DNA from: the human T2T-CHM13v2.0 reference genome, Homo sapiens
Reading direction: 5' to 3' (one strand)
Assembly: GCF_009914755.1 (NCBI RefSeq)
Contig: NC_060925.1
Length of the DNA stretch: 64,000 nt
This document shows, piece after piece, positions 1 to 15,940 of the stretch. Numbering within the stretch: the first letter of the stretch is position 1; every line of letters starts with the position of its first letter. The position numbers and the translations under genes were made by a program. The notes under the pieces were generated by a model that saw nothing but the letters and a program-made list of their open reading frames with translations, did not search any database and was not told where the DNA came from.

Positions 1-2
1 AG
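1..2 (+). CDS. SYCP1: Last 2 nt of upstream SYCP1 coding exon (phase-0 donor follows)
   Basis: AG|GTGAGT consensus donor at 3; the next exon starts in phase 0, consistent with ...NNIE|KMIT. Confidence 0.75.
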
Positions 3-609
3 GTGAGTGTTAATGAAATCTGAGTATTTTAAACATAGGAATTTCTGAGCAAATTAGAGCGATTGCTACAAAGATATGGACAACTATTCTTACTAAAAAG
101 ATTATTATTTATTTGTTGATATATTATTGTATCACTAATAAAATTCCTAAGGTTCTGTACTATGAGCATTAATGTTATGTAGGAGCTTTTTGATTTACAT
201 GTTAGTGACATCACTTAATTTATCAAATATTTACTGCCTTTTGTCAGAAATCAGCACATTGTGACACATAACCATTAATTTGAAAACATATAAAGTATTA
301 TTCATCTGTGTCTGGCTTCTGTTTACCTTTGTTTTCTCATCTCCTGTCATTGTCCACTTTGCTTTTCTGCTGTAGTCACTCTTTTATGTTTCTCAAATTT
401 GCCAAGCTCTTTCTGATGGTGGTTCTTTGAATTTGTACCCTTTGCAGAACTTTTATGTCTAAGATCTTATGCACATTTCTAAACTTCATTCTGCTTTTTT
501 GTTATTCTCCCCTTAATACTTTATCTAAAATTTCTATTTGATTATTCCATATATATCCATCTCATTTAACTTTTCTCAAGAGCACATAAAGCTGCATGGC
601 ATGTATTTG

Positions 610-612
<3 letters not shown>

Positions 613-640
<28 letters not shown>
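613..640. repeat. (TG)n microsatellite
   Basis: 14 uninterrupted TG units. Confidence 0.95.
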
Positions 641-643
<3 letters not shown>

Positions 644-700
644 TTGTATTCTTTTTTACACTTTATTGTAAGGTCCAGTAGGGTAGAGACTTTGTCTTCT

Positions 701-996
701 TTTTTTTTTTTTTTTTTTGAGACAGTCTGGCTCTGTCGCCCAGGCTGGAGTGCAGTGGCGCAACCTCGGCTCACTGCAAGCTCCGCCTCTCGGGTTCAGC
801 CATTCTCCTGCCTCAGCCTCCGGAGTAGCTGGGACTACAGGGGACAGCCACTACGCCCGGCTGATTTTTTGTATTTTTAGTGGAGACGGGGTTTCACCGT
901 GTTAGCCAGGATGGTGTCCATCTCCTGATCTCGTGATCCGCCCGCCTCGGCCTCCCAAAGTTCTGGGATTAGAGGCGTGAGCCCCCGCGCCCGGCC
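701..996 (-). mobile_element. AluY-type SINE, full length
   Basis: pure poly-T tail, many CpGs retained, AluY-like diagnostics (gcaagctcc, gttagccaggatgg); 15-bp TSD GAGACTTTGTCTTCT at 686-700 and 997-1011. Confidence 0.93.
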
Positions 997-1506
997 GAGA
1001 CTTTGTCTTCTATTCCTATTACCTAAAACAGTTCCTGGCACATAATAGGCACTCAGTAATTAATTAATTAATTAACCTGATTTTACAAAGCAAGATTTGT
1101 TGAATGCCGAATGAACACATGCTGCCAGCTGATGGAAGTGTAACTTTGGATTCATGGGGAGAGGCCTCACATTAGTGGAGAAGACGTAAATAAATAAGCA
1201 CAAATAAATACAAAATTACAGATTTTGATACATGCTATTAAGTAAATGGCTGGTGTACCAACAATCCATTTGCTGCTATTTTGTATTGTATAACATGTTG
1301 CCAGTGCATTTAAGCATCTGGGAAACTAACATAAGGCCCTCTTAATACATTTTTAGTAAGTAATTCAAATTACAGTGTTTTAGTTATTCCAAATTGTGTG
1401 GTTTTAAATTTAATGATCACATGATACAAATTTGGTAATATTTTCATAGTTTGAAGAAAGCTATTTAAAAAAATTTAAGTATGATTCTTAAAACTTTATA
1501 TTTCAG

Positions 1507-1576
1507 AAAATGATAACAGCTTTTGAGGAACTTCGTGTGCAAGCTGAGAATTCCAGACTGGAAATGCATTTTAAGT
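1507..1576 (+). CDS. SYCP1: SYCP1 coding exon (70 nt) KMITAFEELRVQAENSRLEMHFK+T
   Basis: tttcag acceptor, GTAGGT donor; translation matches recalled SYCP1; T+TA gives Leu with the next exon. Confidence 0.95.
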
Positions 1577-2174
1577 GTAGGTATAGGGATCTTACTTAAT
1601 TTTTATATTACTGTTTTGCTATTTATATTTTTATCAGATTCCGTTAATGTCTTCATCTCTTTAGCCTGATGCTCTGAACTATTTTCTATTTTATTTATTT
1701 CTGTAAGCCCCTCTAAATCTTGTGGAATGTGGCAGGGAATTAATATTTGTTAAAAATAATTTTGGGTTTTAAAACTACATCTTTCATGAAATCAAACTAA
1801 TTTTATTTTTTTTTTAGAAATGTGATTTGGTCTCTTTTTACATATCTTGGTATAGTATGCATGTTAAAATAATTGTATATGTATCATATTATACATATTT
1901 AAAACCTGTTGTTTCAGATTAGTGTGTTTTAGAGAATAAAGTTTTATATATAAGAATTATAGAATTTTAGGTTATTATAACTGATATTATTTATATTTAC
2001 TATTTTACTAAACAGAAAGGAAGAAAACAGCAATATTAGCTCATTACAAACTTTTAGAGTTTAATATAATTTAGAGATAAATAAAGAGGTGAAATAAACT
2101 TTAAATTTTGTTTGTAATAGAAATGTTATAAAATTATGTTATGACATTACAGTATATTTGTTTTATTTTTAAAG

Positions 2175-2248
2175 TAAAGGAAGATTATGAAAAAATCCAA
2201 CACCTTGAACAAGAATACAAGAAGGAAATAAATGACAAGGAAAAGCAG
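2175..2248 (+). CDS. SYCP1: SYCP1 coding exon (74 nt) (L)KEDYEKIQHLEQEYKKEINDKEKQ
   Basis: ttttttaaag-type acceptor, CAG|GTTTTT donor; frame continuous with flanking exons. Confidence 0.95.
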
Positions 2249-3528
2249 GTTTTTTAAAAAACCAACTCTTTGTATTCTTTATATTTGCTAATTCATTAAA
2301 AACTTAAAATTTCAAAAGAAGTTTATATTTACTGAAAGTATGATAAATTCCTATGAGAGAATTTTAATATTATACATATATTAATATTTAGCCTTTAGAC
2401 TCACTTAATTTTCATTGACTCAAATATGTACTCACTCTAGCTTTTTTTGGGTTTTAATCAATTATTCTTCTATATTTATATCAGTGGGTAATAGGATATT
2501 GCCTCAAAATATATTATTTTGTGAGAACTTTTGTTCAGACAAAAACTTCATGAAATGTATAGATGATCATTGACTACTCAACTTACATTTTGCAGTTTGT
2601 TTTGAAATGTGCTATTCATAATATCAATGAAGAGGAACTAAAATATTCTGTTGCATCTTTCTTTTTTCTTTTTTAGCCTAAGAAAACAAGACACAGATGT
2701 TTTTTATATTCATGTCATATAGTGGAAGACTTGAAAATGTTAACTCTATATCCTTTGGCATTCACAAGAATGTTTCAGATTATTATTATGCCATCTCTAT
2801 CAGTTTCAAGTCTTCTGCTTCCCAAATGGAAAGCAATATATATAATAGAATCCTCTTCTATTTCTCACTATATTTGCAGTTTTTCTTGTCTGATTTGCCA
2901 CAAGATATCTTCTAATATGGTTAACAAGGATATCTACTTAATAATTTAAAAAATTAATTCACAGTACAGAGAGGATAATAAAAACCACAAAAATAGAGTG
3001 AAGTACTGAAACGCTTTTTGGAGTTCTAGGTGCATGGGCAGAGCTTACAGATTGTTGGGCTTCCTTGTAAAATGATGGCATGGCCAGCTAGTGTTTTTGC
3101 TGAGGACTCCTAAATGTCATTATTTGTAACACTTTTTTTGCTGGGGGTTTCTAAATTCTTGCTTGTGGATATAAACTTGGCTGATGGCATTCTGGAGCTG
3201 AATTGGGCAGGATAGCAAAGACAGACTGAATCTTACCATTATGTATGTTGACTTTTCCATTATATATACCCCCACCCATCCCTGTGCCTGGAATACCGAT
3301 GTTTAGAGATTGCCTTTTTCAATTTGATATGACACTGTCTCTTACAAAGATAATAGGGCCAGTTCTCTGACTACATTGGCTGCCAGGGAGTAGAGACCAG
3401 GGTGGGAGGGTTAAGTGGACCAGCTGAAAAGCATGTAGACAAGTACATAAAATAATTGTAGGTATTATAAATGTTAAGGTGTCATATTTAAATTTTCATA
3501 TTGATAATGTATTATTTAAATATTTTAG

Positions 3529-3637
3529 GTATCACTACTATTGATCCAAATCACTGAGAAAGAAAATAAAATGAAAGATTTAACATTTCTGCTAGAGGAA
3601 TCCAGAGATAAAGTTAATCAATTAGAGGAAAAGACAA
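3529..3637 (+). CDS. SYCP1: SYCP1 coding exon (109 nt) VSLLLIQITEKENKMKDLTFLLEESRDKVNQLEEKT+A
   Basis: ttttag acceptor, GTAAGA donor; open frame. Confidence 0.96.
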
Positions 3638-3756
3638 GTAAGAGTTTATATAAGATAATATAATGTGCCTTATGTATTCCTCTTGTTATGTTCTAAACAT
3701 TGACTTTCATTACAAGTTTGTTGTAATGCTTTCTAGTACTGTACTTCTCAATCTGA

Positions 3757-4276
<520 letters not shown>

Positions 4277-5529
4277 AAAAATTATTTTTTGAATGAACAA
4301 ATCATATGGGAGCATGATGGAGAGAGTTACTAATTTTTCCCAGAGAGAGACCTTTAGAAAGGCATTAGGGAAAAACTGTTGAACTGTTTAAAAGTTTACT
4401 AGACAGTGAACTGGAGTAGACAATACAGGTGGAATAAACGGCTTGTGCAAGTCATGGAAGTAGGAATGTTAGGGTATATTTTTAGTAAACTGACTGGTGT
4501 GGCAACATCTTATTGAACTCAGACAGATGAAATTGTAAAAGATTTGGATCCCTTTATGAAGGATCCTGAGTGTTATGTCATGTTTAGACTGTCTTATTAG
4601 GGAATATTTTTCAAACTTTTTTAAACGGCAGGACACTTAGAAGGCATAGTGTTTGTGAAACACCATGCACCTTCCAGAACATTATAGGGATATTATGGCA
4701 TTTGTTGTTTTTCTATTCTTCAGAACATTCTCTTGTCTTCACATGGCAAATAATTATCTGGTTTCTGCCAATCTATACCTGCTAATTTCATCTTACTGTC
4801 ATTACTATATGATATACTCCAGATATATTGAAATAATTTAACTTCATCTATATTTTGTGCTCTTTCAATCCCACCCCATGCTTTTGGCTACTTCCTGTAC
4901 TCAAAATGAATCTCTTCTCTCCACCCCAAGTCTGTTGGCTAAATTCTTAGTAAGGGCATAAACATTACCTGTTTGTCCCCTGTGACTAGGAGTGTATTGA
5001 GGAGGGATTGGGTCTTAAATATCTTTGTAACTGTAGTGCCCAGTATATGGTTTTGCACATAATATGAGTTCAATAGTTGGATGAATGAAATAATATTTAA
5101 TCTTATCATATAAACTGAAAAAATTAATAAATAACTGTAATTCTATATGATTCCTGTAGACTCATACCCACTGAAGTGTGTTCATTTAAGTGACTTTTCA
5201 TTGTTTTCCATAAGTATGTATCTTCCACTTGTTTTTCTCTGTGTTCAGTGTGGATATTTTTTACTGATCTGTTATCTAATCCTGGCTGTGATGTGTCTAA
5301 TTTGCTTTAAATCTATCTACTGAATTCTTAACTTTAAATGAATCATGTATTTTTCATTTTGAAGTTTCCATTTGATTACTTAAGAGTCCAATTCTGTGGT
5401 TAAGTTTTCTCCTCTTTTAAAAATCTCATTTTTCACCTCTTAAATATATATTCGTCATTGATATTTTATAGCTATTCTCTGTTTATTTCAATATATGTCT
5501 CATCTGTTGGTTTATTTCTATCGTTTCTT

Positions 5530-5770
5530 TTTTAAAACTATGGTAAAATACTTGTAACATAAAATTTACCACCTTAATCATATTTAAGTGTCCAGTTCTA
5601 TAGCATTAAGTATGTTCACATTGTTATGCAACCATAACCACCATCTTTCTTCTCCAAGAACTCACCATCCAAGAACTCTTTTCATCTTGCAAAATGGAAA
5701 CTCTGTACCCATTAAAAAATAACATCCCATTCCCTTCTTCCTGCAGCTTCTGGCAACCACTATTTGATTT
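5530..5770 (-). mobile_element. Old L1M (L1MB/MC-like) 3' end fragment
   Basis: cataaaatttaccaccttaa...ttcacattgttatgcaacc...aactctgtacccattaa motifs. Confidence 0.65.
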
Positions 5771-6486
5771 TCTTTCTTTTTACTTTTTCTTTTTTATTTT
5801 GCTGTTTGGGCATTTGTTGTTATCCTTTGGTGTGCCCTGTAATTTTTAAAATTAAATCCTGTGCATTGTAATAAGAAAAATCTTGGAGCTTCCCGATGAT
5901 GTTGTCTTTTCTCTGCTGGAGAGAAATTGGGGGTATGTTGGGCTGATTATCTGATTCCAGTTAGAGACTGAGCTAAATGAAAGGAAACTGGCCAAGTATA
6001 TAAGGTTTTTCAGGTTTTCAATTTTGTTTCTTCAGCTCTTTGAGACCTCTCAAAAGTAAGCTGGCTTTTCTGTACCTTAGCAACAGGCCTCTGCCTGGGT
6101 TAAGACAGCATCTTAGTCTTTTGCTTATGCCCAGATCGGCAGATGTCAGTTGTACTTTATCAGTTCACTTTCAGCAGTTTTCTTTTAAGAATCTTAGCCC
6201 GTTTAGTCCTTTTATGTCATTTTGTCTTTTCTGGTTGTTTCCAGCGTGAGAGTTGGTATGCTACTAACTACTCCACCCTCCCTAGAAATATTCATTTAAA
6301 TTAATTATGATCAACTAATTTTTGTTTTCCTTTTTAATGTTTGCTTGTTATTGCCTAATTTATTTTGTCACTTGCTAATAATAGTTGGTTCTTAAAGAGT
6401 ATTAATTATCAAAAATTTAAGTAGATAACAATTAGATTTTACATGATTTCATTATTTCTTATGGCTGAACAGTATTCCAATTTGTG

Positions 6487-6490
<4 letters not shown>

Positions 6491-6531
<41 letters not shown>
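6491..6531. repeat. (CA)n microsatellite inside an L1 3'UTR fragment
   Basis: about 20 AC units flanked by L1-like tttatcc...tgttgatg...ctattgtgaatagtgct. Confidence 0.9.
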
Positions 6532-6533
<2 letters not shown>

Positions 6534-6937
6534 TTCTTTATCCAGTCATCTGTTGATGAACACTGGTTGATTCCATATTGCTATTGTGAATAGTGCTACA
6601 ATATGTGTATTTTAGTTCTATAGATGGAACATTATTATTACTGTTTTGTACAGACAATATTTATTTCGTTTTACCCATGTATTTTTTTCAATTTCTTTGC
6701 TCTTTTTTTTGGTATCTTAAACTTTTCATTCAGACCATTTTCTTTCTGTTTTGAAGAGGAATATTTAGAATCTCCTTTAGTGAGAATATGTTTGTGATTA
6801 GCTGTCATAGATTCCATTTGTCTGAAAATTTGTTTATTCATTCTCATCCATAAAGGATATGTTTGCATGATATGTCTTTCTAGGTTGGCACACTGTACAT
6901 TATTTCTAGACATTTCTTTTAGCACATGGAAGGTATT

Positions 6938-7263
<326 letters not shown>

Positions 7264-7510
7264 TAATATCTTTTCCCTCTCTTATGGGTTTTCAGATTTT
7301 CTTCATCTTCGATTTTTAGCATTTACAGTATAATATGTTAACTCATACGCTTAGTTTTGTTTAATAGCTTCTTCAATCTGTAAATTACTGTCTGTTACTA
7401 TTGTTTCTTGGAAATTCTCAACAATAATCTCTTCAGATATTGTATTTGCTCTACTTTCTGTTTCCTCATTTTCTGAGTAAGAAAAAAACGTGGAAAAAAC
7501 CCGTGTTGCA

Positions 7511-7685
7511 TCTTGGGAGGCTGAGGTGGAAGGATCACTTGAGCCCAGGAGTTCGAGGTTACAGTGAGCTATGATTGCTCCATTGCACTCCAACCTGGGT
7601 GGCAGAGTGAGACCCTGTCTCAAAACAAACAAACAAACAAACAAACAAACAAACCAAACAAAACCAAACCCGAAACCAAAATAAA
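7511..7685 (+). mobile_element. Alu monomer fragment (FLAM/AluJ arm) with (CAAA)n tail
   Basis: gggaggctgaggtgg...gagaccctgtctc followed by CAAA repeats. Confidence 0.85.
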
Positions 7686-9136
7686 AACCTTCATTAATTT
7701 TCTAACTCTTCTTTGACTCTTAATCTCTTTTTTCTATTTCAACAGTTTTGCCTTTCTATACCTTATCCTAATTTCTTTTTACCTGTATTGTAATTCACTA
7801 ATTTTCTTCTCTTTTATTTCTCACACATCATGAAATTCCTCCATTTTATTTTTAGTTACTAAGATGTTTATTTTAAGATGTTATTCTTCTTTTTCTAACC
7901 TGCCATTCTACTTTATCTAGTTTTCAGTTTCTTCTTATTTTCGAGGTTGTCTTTTCTTTAAATATACAAACCATAGCTGTTTTATAGTCCTTTTCTGATT
8001 TTTTTATTTTAAATGTTTGTGATTCTCTTTCTGTCTTGTTTATGATAGTTTTTAGTCAAAGTACCTTGTTTGCTTGTGTGCCTTATTGTTTTTGACTTTA
8101 TGCTCATTTTTTTTACTTGAAAAAAAAGATTACTTGTAGGAATAAGTTAAGGCCTGCTTAACATCCACCTGGAAGGATTTGCTTTTTTTCCCCCCATGCA
8201 CATGATATTTCTATCCATTTGGGACAACCTTAAGGCAGCTTGAACGCTTGGGGTGTCCTGAACTACGCAGGTGATTTGAACCTGGGCTGCAAATCTGCCT
8301 GTGAGTTGGTTTACTTTTGTTTGCTCCTTACATCAAAACTGTCCCGGCTTATTGTACAAAAGTTTACTTCTTAGACACCCTCTACCTTCTGTAATCTTTG
8401 GGTTTTCATATATCTTAAATTCTCTATCCCATCATATTTCAAACCAAAAGTCCAACTTTGCCAGGGTCTGCAAATGCCCTCTGGGCACAAGCAAGTTTTG
8501 TGGTTACCTTACTTCTATAGGTTTCTATTTTCTCTTCATTTTTGGCCTGGCAAATTCCTATTTTTGTCAGGAGCTTAATGCTTTAATATTCTTAATATTT
8601 GATCTTGAATTTTTATTCCCTTTTACAGAAGTGTTTAAATGACAAAGCTCATCATTATCGCTTTGGAGTTTTCAGTTTCAATTTTATGTATTACTTCTAG
8701 TAGTTTTATTGATTTACTGATATCTTCCTTTAGTTTACAAAGTATGTGATAATACTTATTTTTAAATTTCATAGCCAATAATTCTAAAATATGAAATCTT
8801 TGTAGATCTAAGTTGGCCTTTTGTTCATTTTGCTGACTCTGTTCATGGTGCTTTGTTTCCCATTGTGTTTGTTGATTGTGAGGTCATGTAACTTTATTTG
8901 TGGAAATTCTTTAAGGCCTGAATTAGCAGTATATTAGGCCTGAAGAAAATTTGCATATTCCATTTTCTAGGCTCCTGGGGAAACTTAGGAGCACTTCAAA
9001 TTAAATTTTGGCTTGGAGCTCTTTGGAAAATTCTGGCAGTATACATTCCGTTCCGATACATGCCTAAGGGCTAGTTTGTGCTTATGATTTTTCAGAGGAG
9101 ACATTTATCACCAGACCATAAGAAATAGTATCATAA

Positions 9137-9427
<291 letters not shown>

Positions 9428-10059
9428 CAGATTTACTTTTTCTATTTTTTCCCCACAGTCGGACCAATGACCCTTTCATTCTATGTAGTTTTTTCAGAAT
9501 GGAATTTTAAAAATATAAACTTGGCACGTACTTCTGTTGCTTAACATCCTTTATTGTTTTGCATGGTCTTCATGAATTATGAACCAGAAGACTCTGAGCA
9601 AGTTATATAAGTCCTGTTATGATCTTGTCCTTGTTACGTTTCCAATCATATCTCCTGTGACTTATTCGTTATACTTCAAGCCTTATGCTCCTAAAATACA
9701 TTTTCTCTAGATGCCAGAACGTGTCATTCTATCTCTTCTGTGTTTTCCTTTGTATGTGCTCTTACACTTGCCCGTGACCTTTTCTCTCCTAACTTCCATT
9801 ACCTTTGCTAATTTAATTCTTACTGTCTTTCAAATGTTTCAACTCAGCTGCTACTTTCTTGAAGTCTTTAAACTTTTTCTGTCTCCCTGTACCTCTAACC
9901 TTGACTGATCTTATTTGGCTTAGGTGTCCCCTCTAGGTAAACTCCCAGAACTTCCAGTGAGTACCCATCAGCACAATCATTGTTTATTTGCCTGCCTGAC
10001 CAATATATTGTAAATTATCATGAATATTAGTGTTCAGTTTCTACCATATATCACCATTA

Positions 10060-10300
10060 TCATCATCTTAATAGCAGTTATCATTTATTGATTATAGATT
10101 AGACACTGTGCTTAAGCATTTTAAGTTGCATTATCTTGTTTAATTCTAACAGCAGGTGACTCTTCATAATATGAATAATTATCATTATTCTAACATGCCA
10201 GGTGGGAAAAGTAGTCAGACTGGTTAAGTATCATGCCCGAGGCCAGGTAGCTTAGTAAAAGGAAATCGTATAATTTGAATTCAGAGAATATAATGAACTT
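10060..10300. mobile_element. MIR-like SINE fragment
   Basis: degenerate MIR core (cactgtgcttaagcatttta...ggttaagta...cccgagg). Confidence 0.5.
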
Positions 10301-10971
10301 CTTTTTTCTCCTATTGCTTTTATGATGTTTAAAAATGAGTGCACAAATATAAAACATATAGACTAGTACCTGAGACTTAGTATTTATTAAAAATGGGCTC
10401 TTAAGTGGAGTCAAAAGCTTTTATTTATCATTTAATAGAGTATTTTGAAAAATAAAAAAATCAAGATAATCAATAATGAAAATAAAATCGTGAATAATTT
10501 TACCATCGGGAGATAAATTACTTTTCATATTTTAGTGTGTATCTTTTCCTTTTGCATGCAGTGTTTAAATATTGTTTTAAACCCACTCTTTTTATTCTAT
10601 GTTTTATGAATATCCAAATTAATAATCAATAAAATTTGTATTACATTTTCAGTGGCTACATGGTATACCATCCCATATATGTGCCTCCATAATTTGTCTA
10701 CTTTTGGATATTTAGGTAGTTTCTAATGTTTTGCTATTATAAAAAATGTAAATCCTTAAATATTTATTTTTGAGTTCTTGGGAGATAACAATCTTGAAAA
10801 GTCAATAAAGCTTGATGGTGACCAATATTTGTGTGTCTATATTTGCATATTTTCTTCTCATTTTGGACTATTATCTAACGGAGGAAAAAGACTAATTGTC
10901 ACAAATAATACTTAGTTTTCTTGGTATATATCTTCTGCTAAGTACTATCTATTTATAACTTTCTCTTTTAG

Positions 10972-11066
10972 AATTACAGAGTGAAAACTTAAAACAATCA
11001 ATTGAGAAACAGCATCATTTGACTAAAGAACTAGAAGATATTAAAGTGTCATTACAAAGAAGTGTG
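10972..11066 (+). CDS. SYCP1: SYCP1 coding exon (95 nt) (K)LQSENLKQSIEKQHHLTKELEDIKVSLQRSV
   Basis: ttctcttttag acceptor, GTATGA donor; phase 1 to 0. Confidence 0.96.
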
Positions 11067-11561
11067 GTATGATTTAAAAACTCATTAGTGTGTAATAAGT
11101 CTCACCCTATCAATCAGTCAACAAATATTTATTAAATACTAATACAATGTACAAGGACCTGGAGTTTCAAATAGTTAGAGAAGACACAATCCTAGTCTGC
11201 AAAATGCTATAGTTTAGAGACATTGCATAAAAACACATCAAAAGTATAATTAAAATACAAGACCCTGGACAGGTGACAACAGGGTGGTTTAGGTAATAAA
11301 TTAATAGTTCTAAGAATTGAAAGAACAGTATGGCTGGTTTGGCTAGGAAGGCTCCATGGAGGAGCTGGAACTATAGGTGGGATTTGGAGAACAGTGAATT
11401 GAAATAAGAGTAGTGGGTGGGCATTCCAGGGTAGGAAGGAGGAATAATAGGAAAATATGAGGGTGGGAAAGGGGCAGTGAATGTATAGAAGCAGATAAGT
11501 TCAGCTTTTTTGGTTAAGGCCTTTGGATCATTGCTCTTGTTTTATACTTTATTTCATTTAG

Positions 11562-11746
11562 AGTACTCAAAAGGCTTTAGAGGAAGATTTACAGATAGCA
11601 ACAAAAACAATTTGTCAGCTAACTGAAGAAAAAGAAACTCAAATGGAAGAATCTAATAAAGCTAGAGCTGCTCATTCGTTTGTGGTTACTGAATTTGAAA
11701 CTACTGTCTGCAGCTTGGAAGAATTATTGAGAACAGAACAGCAAAG
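11562..11746 (+). CDS. SYCP1: SYCP1 coding exon (185 nt) STQKALEEDLQIATKTICQL...LEELLRTEQQ+AG
   Basis: catttag acceptor, AG|GTAAAA donor; open frame. Confidence 0.96.
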
Positions 11747-13062
11747 GTAAAATATTTATTATTTTTAATACACAAAATAAGTGAATAAAAACAATTTACT
11801 TTTAATATTCAATGCCATTTTCTTTGCATTGCCAACTGATGTGTGTAATTCATATAACAACTGTAGTCAGGTCTCATGTATAAAGTGGGAATACATTTTA
11901 AAAGTTTCTTTGGATAGACAGATATCTTAGGAAAAGATGTAAAAGAAGATGTTCTCTAGGATAGTTCTCATGTATGCTTTGCCATAGAATTTAGTTATAT
12001 ACATAAACTCATGAAAGGTTGATGCAGTGATATGATATATTTAATGACTCTGTAGATTATTATTAGCTTCCTAGAAGTAGCTTCCAGGCTGTCAGGTTTA
12101 TCTTACTGAGGTCTGTAGACCTTTCTGATTTATAAATTTAGCAGCTAGCCTGGCATAGGTAAGTACTACTCTATGTTTATTAAATTAACCAATTAATCAG
12201 TATAAATTTAATTAATATAATTAATTATCATTAACTTATTAAATAAATGGTTTCACAAATGTGATTACATAAAAAATAAACTAGTATTTTCATTTCATCT
12301 AAATAGCAGTTTTTCTAATGCTTGAGTGTTAAAGACTCTATTTTTTACTACTCTATATTAAGGAAATATTTATATAAAGCTGTGTTAGGAGGCCTAGATA
12401 ATTATTTTTTGTCTCATTAGCATTAGGGTTAATTAAGTTTGGTAGGATAAAGGAGAACAGGTTTCTCTCTGAAGCCATAGCCGGGGCCTAGCAATAGTTT
12501 TTCTCTGTTGCTTGTGCATGGTGAGGGAAAAGCTAGCCTTTCTAGCTCCCCTAATTTATATATTTTTGATTGACCTATCCAGTGATTTTTCATTTTTAAA
12601 AAGGTAGGTTACCTAAGATTCCTCTATCCCTATTACCTCAGTTTTATACTTTGAGGAAACAGAAAGCCAGAGAAGTTAACCAAATTATACATGTTCTCAT
12701 AATTATATTGTTCCTAAGGCAGAATTCAGTATAATAGTAGTTACATACTCAATTTCTTTCAGAGTTCTAGGATGCGTTAATCTGATTATCATCAACAGCT
12801 AAGAGAAAACTTATACCATAAGCTTTAAGGTATATCTATGTATATTACATAAATGTAATATAGAATTATGTATTTATAATAGTAATATCTTATTTTAAAA
12901 TGTTACACTATATGGTGCAGAGTAGGTACTTAATAAATGTTTAACAATCCAGTGGGTGAATCTATTCTAAGATATATCAGTTGCTAAATTGCACCAATTT
13001 TAGTTATGAGATGAATTCTGACTAAAATAATATTTTGTATTGAAAATGATATATTTTACAAG

Positions 13063-13130
13063 ATTGGAAAAAAATGAAGATCAATTGAAAATACTTACCA
13101 TGGAGCTTCAAAAGAAATCAAGTGAGCTGG
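13063..13130 (+). CDS. SYCP1: SYCP1 coding exon (68 nt) (R)LEKNEDQLKILTMELQKKSSEL+G
   Basis: ttttacaag acceptor, G|GTAAGA donor; phase 2 to 1. Confidence 0.95.
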
Positions 13131-14140
13131 GTAAGACTTAGAGAATAATGTGTGTACTTTAATAATATTAACTTATTATAGAATCATAAACACTGTTTTG
13201 AAATAAAATATAATTTCCCCTCTGTCATTTGCCAGTAGAGATTGCTTGATAATATTTTTATTTCAATATTTGAAGGTAGAAAATTTAAACCTTAAGAAAG
13301 AGTGTTTTATTCAGTTTTATTATGCAGTTAATAGATATTTAGAAGTGTGGGGAGCCTAAGAGAGGTCTGAGTCTCCTAACAGAATACAACTAAGAGAAGT
13401 TGATATTCTGTTTTCTTTATTTTAGGATTCAGAGACCTTAATAATTCTTCGTGAGAAATGTCTGTTATTGTTTAATTGAATTTTGAAATTTCATTGCTTT
13501 GTCATGTTACATTATGTACTATTCACAGGAAAATGTGATCCTATTTTATCATAAGGTGTTATTAAAATTCAACAACTTTCATGGCCACGAGAGAGACATT
13601 CTCTACAGTAGTTATTTTATAATTTATGGCCATGTAATTCGATAATTCTAATAACCTATGCTTCATATTCATAACTCTTCATATCTACAAATGTGGAAAA
13701 TTGCAAAGAATAAAATAGTTTCCAATTTTAGTGAAAAAATATTTTTTATAAATTAAAAATATTCATGAATTGGCAAATATTTTATAAAATATTTTCATTA
13801 CTTTATGTAAGCTTTATTATTAGATTTAAATAGTTGTATAATTAAAATAATTATCAACTAAAATATTATCTAGTATCGGAAATGTGTGCTTTACATTTCA
13901 CAAGTAGTTAGGTTGTTTGGTTGAACTTTTGGACCATATTTATCCTTTTTTTCTGTGAGGCTTAATTTTCCACTATAGATTAACCCTTTATCATGTAAAA
14001 TTGTACTATCAAATGCAAATAATTGTATCTTCTTAGGATAACTTTAAATTAGAATGGTTATAATATAAACCATTCCATTTTTTATTCTTCCTTCGAGCAT
14101 AAAATAGTGTTTTAAATCATTATATATACCTATACTTACT

Positions 14141-15318
<1,178 letters not shown>

Positions 15319-15664
15319 CCTATACTTATTTTCTTTAGAATTGTTTAATTTAATGTCTTAGGCTAAGGAAGAATTTTGTTTCTTAAAATGTCTTTAATGG
15401 ATATTTATTTGTAATAATTCAGTCTAATATTGAAATTAAGTGGCTATTTGTCATATTAAAAATGCAATTGTATTATATGATTTTCTCACAGTAGAGCAAT
15501 ATATTTTGACAAATTTGAAAAAAGTATTCTAGAATTGTGAAATAGAACCATGTGTGTTTTTTAGCATTGCCTTAGATGTTGTAGGAATGTATAGAAGTAA
15601 CATACCATCCTTTTGAGAAATCTCTGATTATTGTTGGAGGAAGCTTAAATACATAAAACCCTTA

Positions 15665-15940
15665 GAGTAATGGTGTCCAAAATGAAGGGGTGAGCAAAAT
15701 TTCCTTTAGGAAAAGGGAAGAAAATGTTAGAATTTCTATTTTTATTTATTTTTATGTTTTAAATATGTTTTATAATGAACACTGTAATACATATTTATAT
15801 TTTATAAATTTATATTTATAAACATTAATTTATAACTGATTATACATTTATGTAAATATAAATATGCATTTGTATTTTATACATACTAATATATTTTGGG
15901 TGAATGCTCACAGATTTCTTATTGATGGAGGTATGTTAAT
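15665..15940. mobile_element. MER113-like hAT-Charlie DNA transposon remnant
   Basis: gggaagaaaatgttagaatttctattt motif and AT-rich core; recognised from memory. Confidence 0.45.

Noticed and set aside
13730-13800. AT-only palindromes (also near 12175-12245)
   Set aside because: Expected by chance in very AT-rich low-complexity sequence
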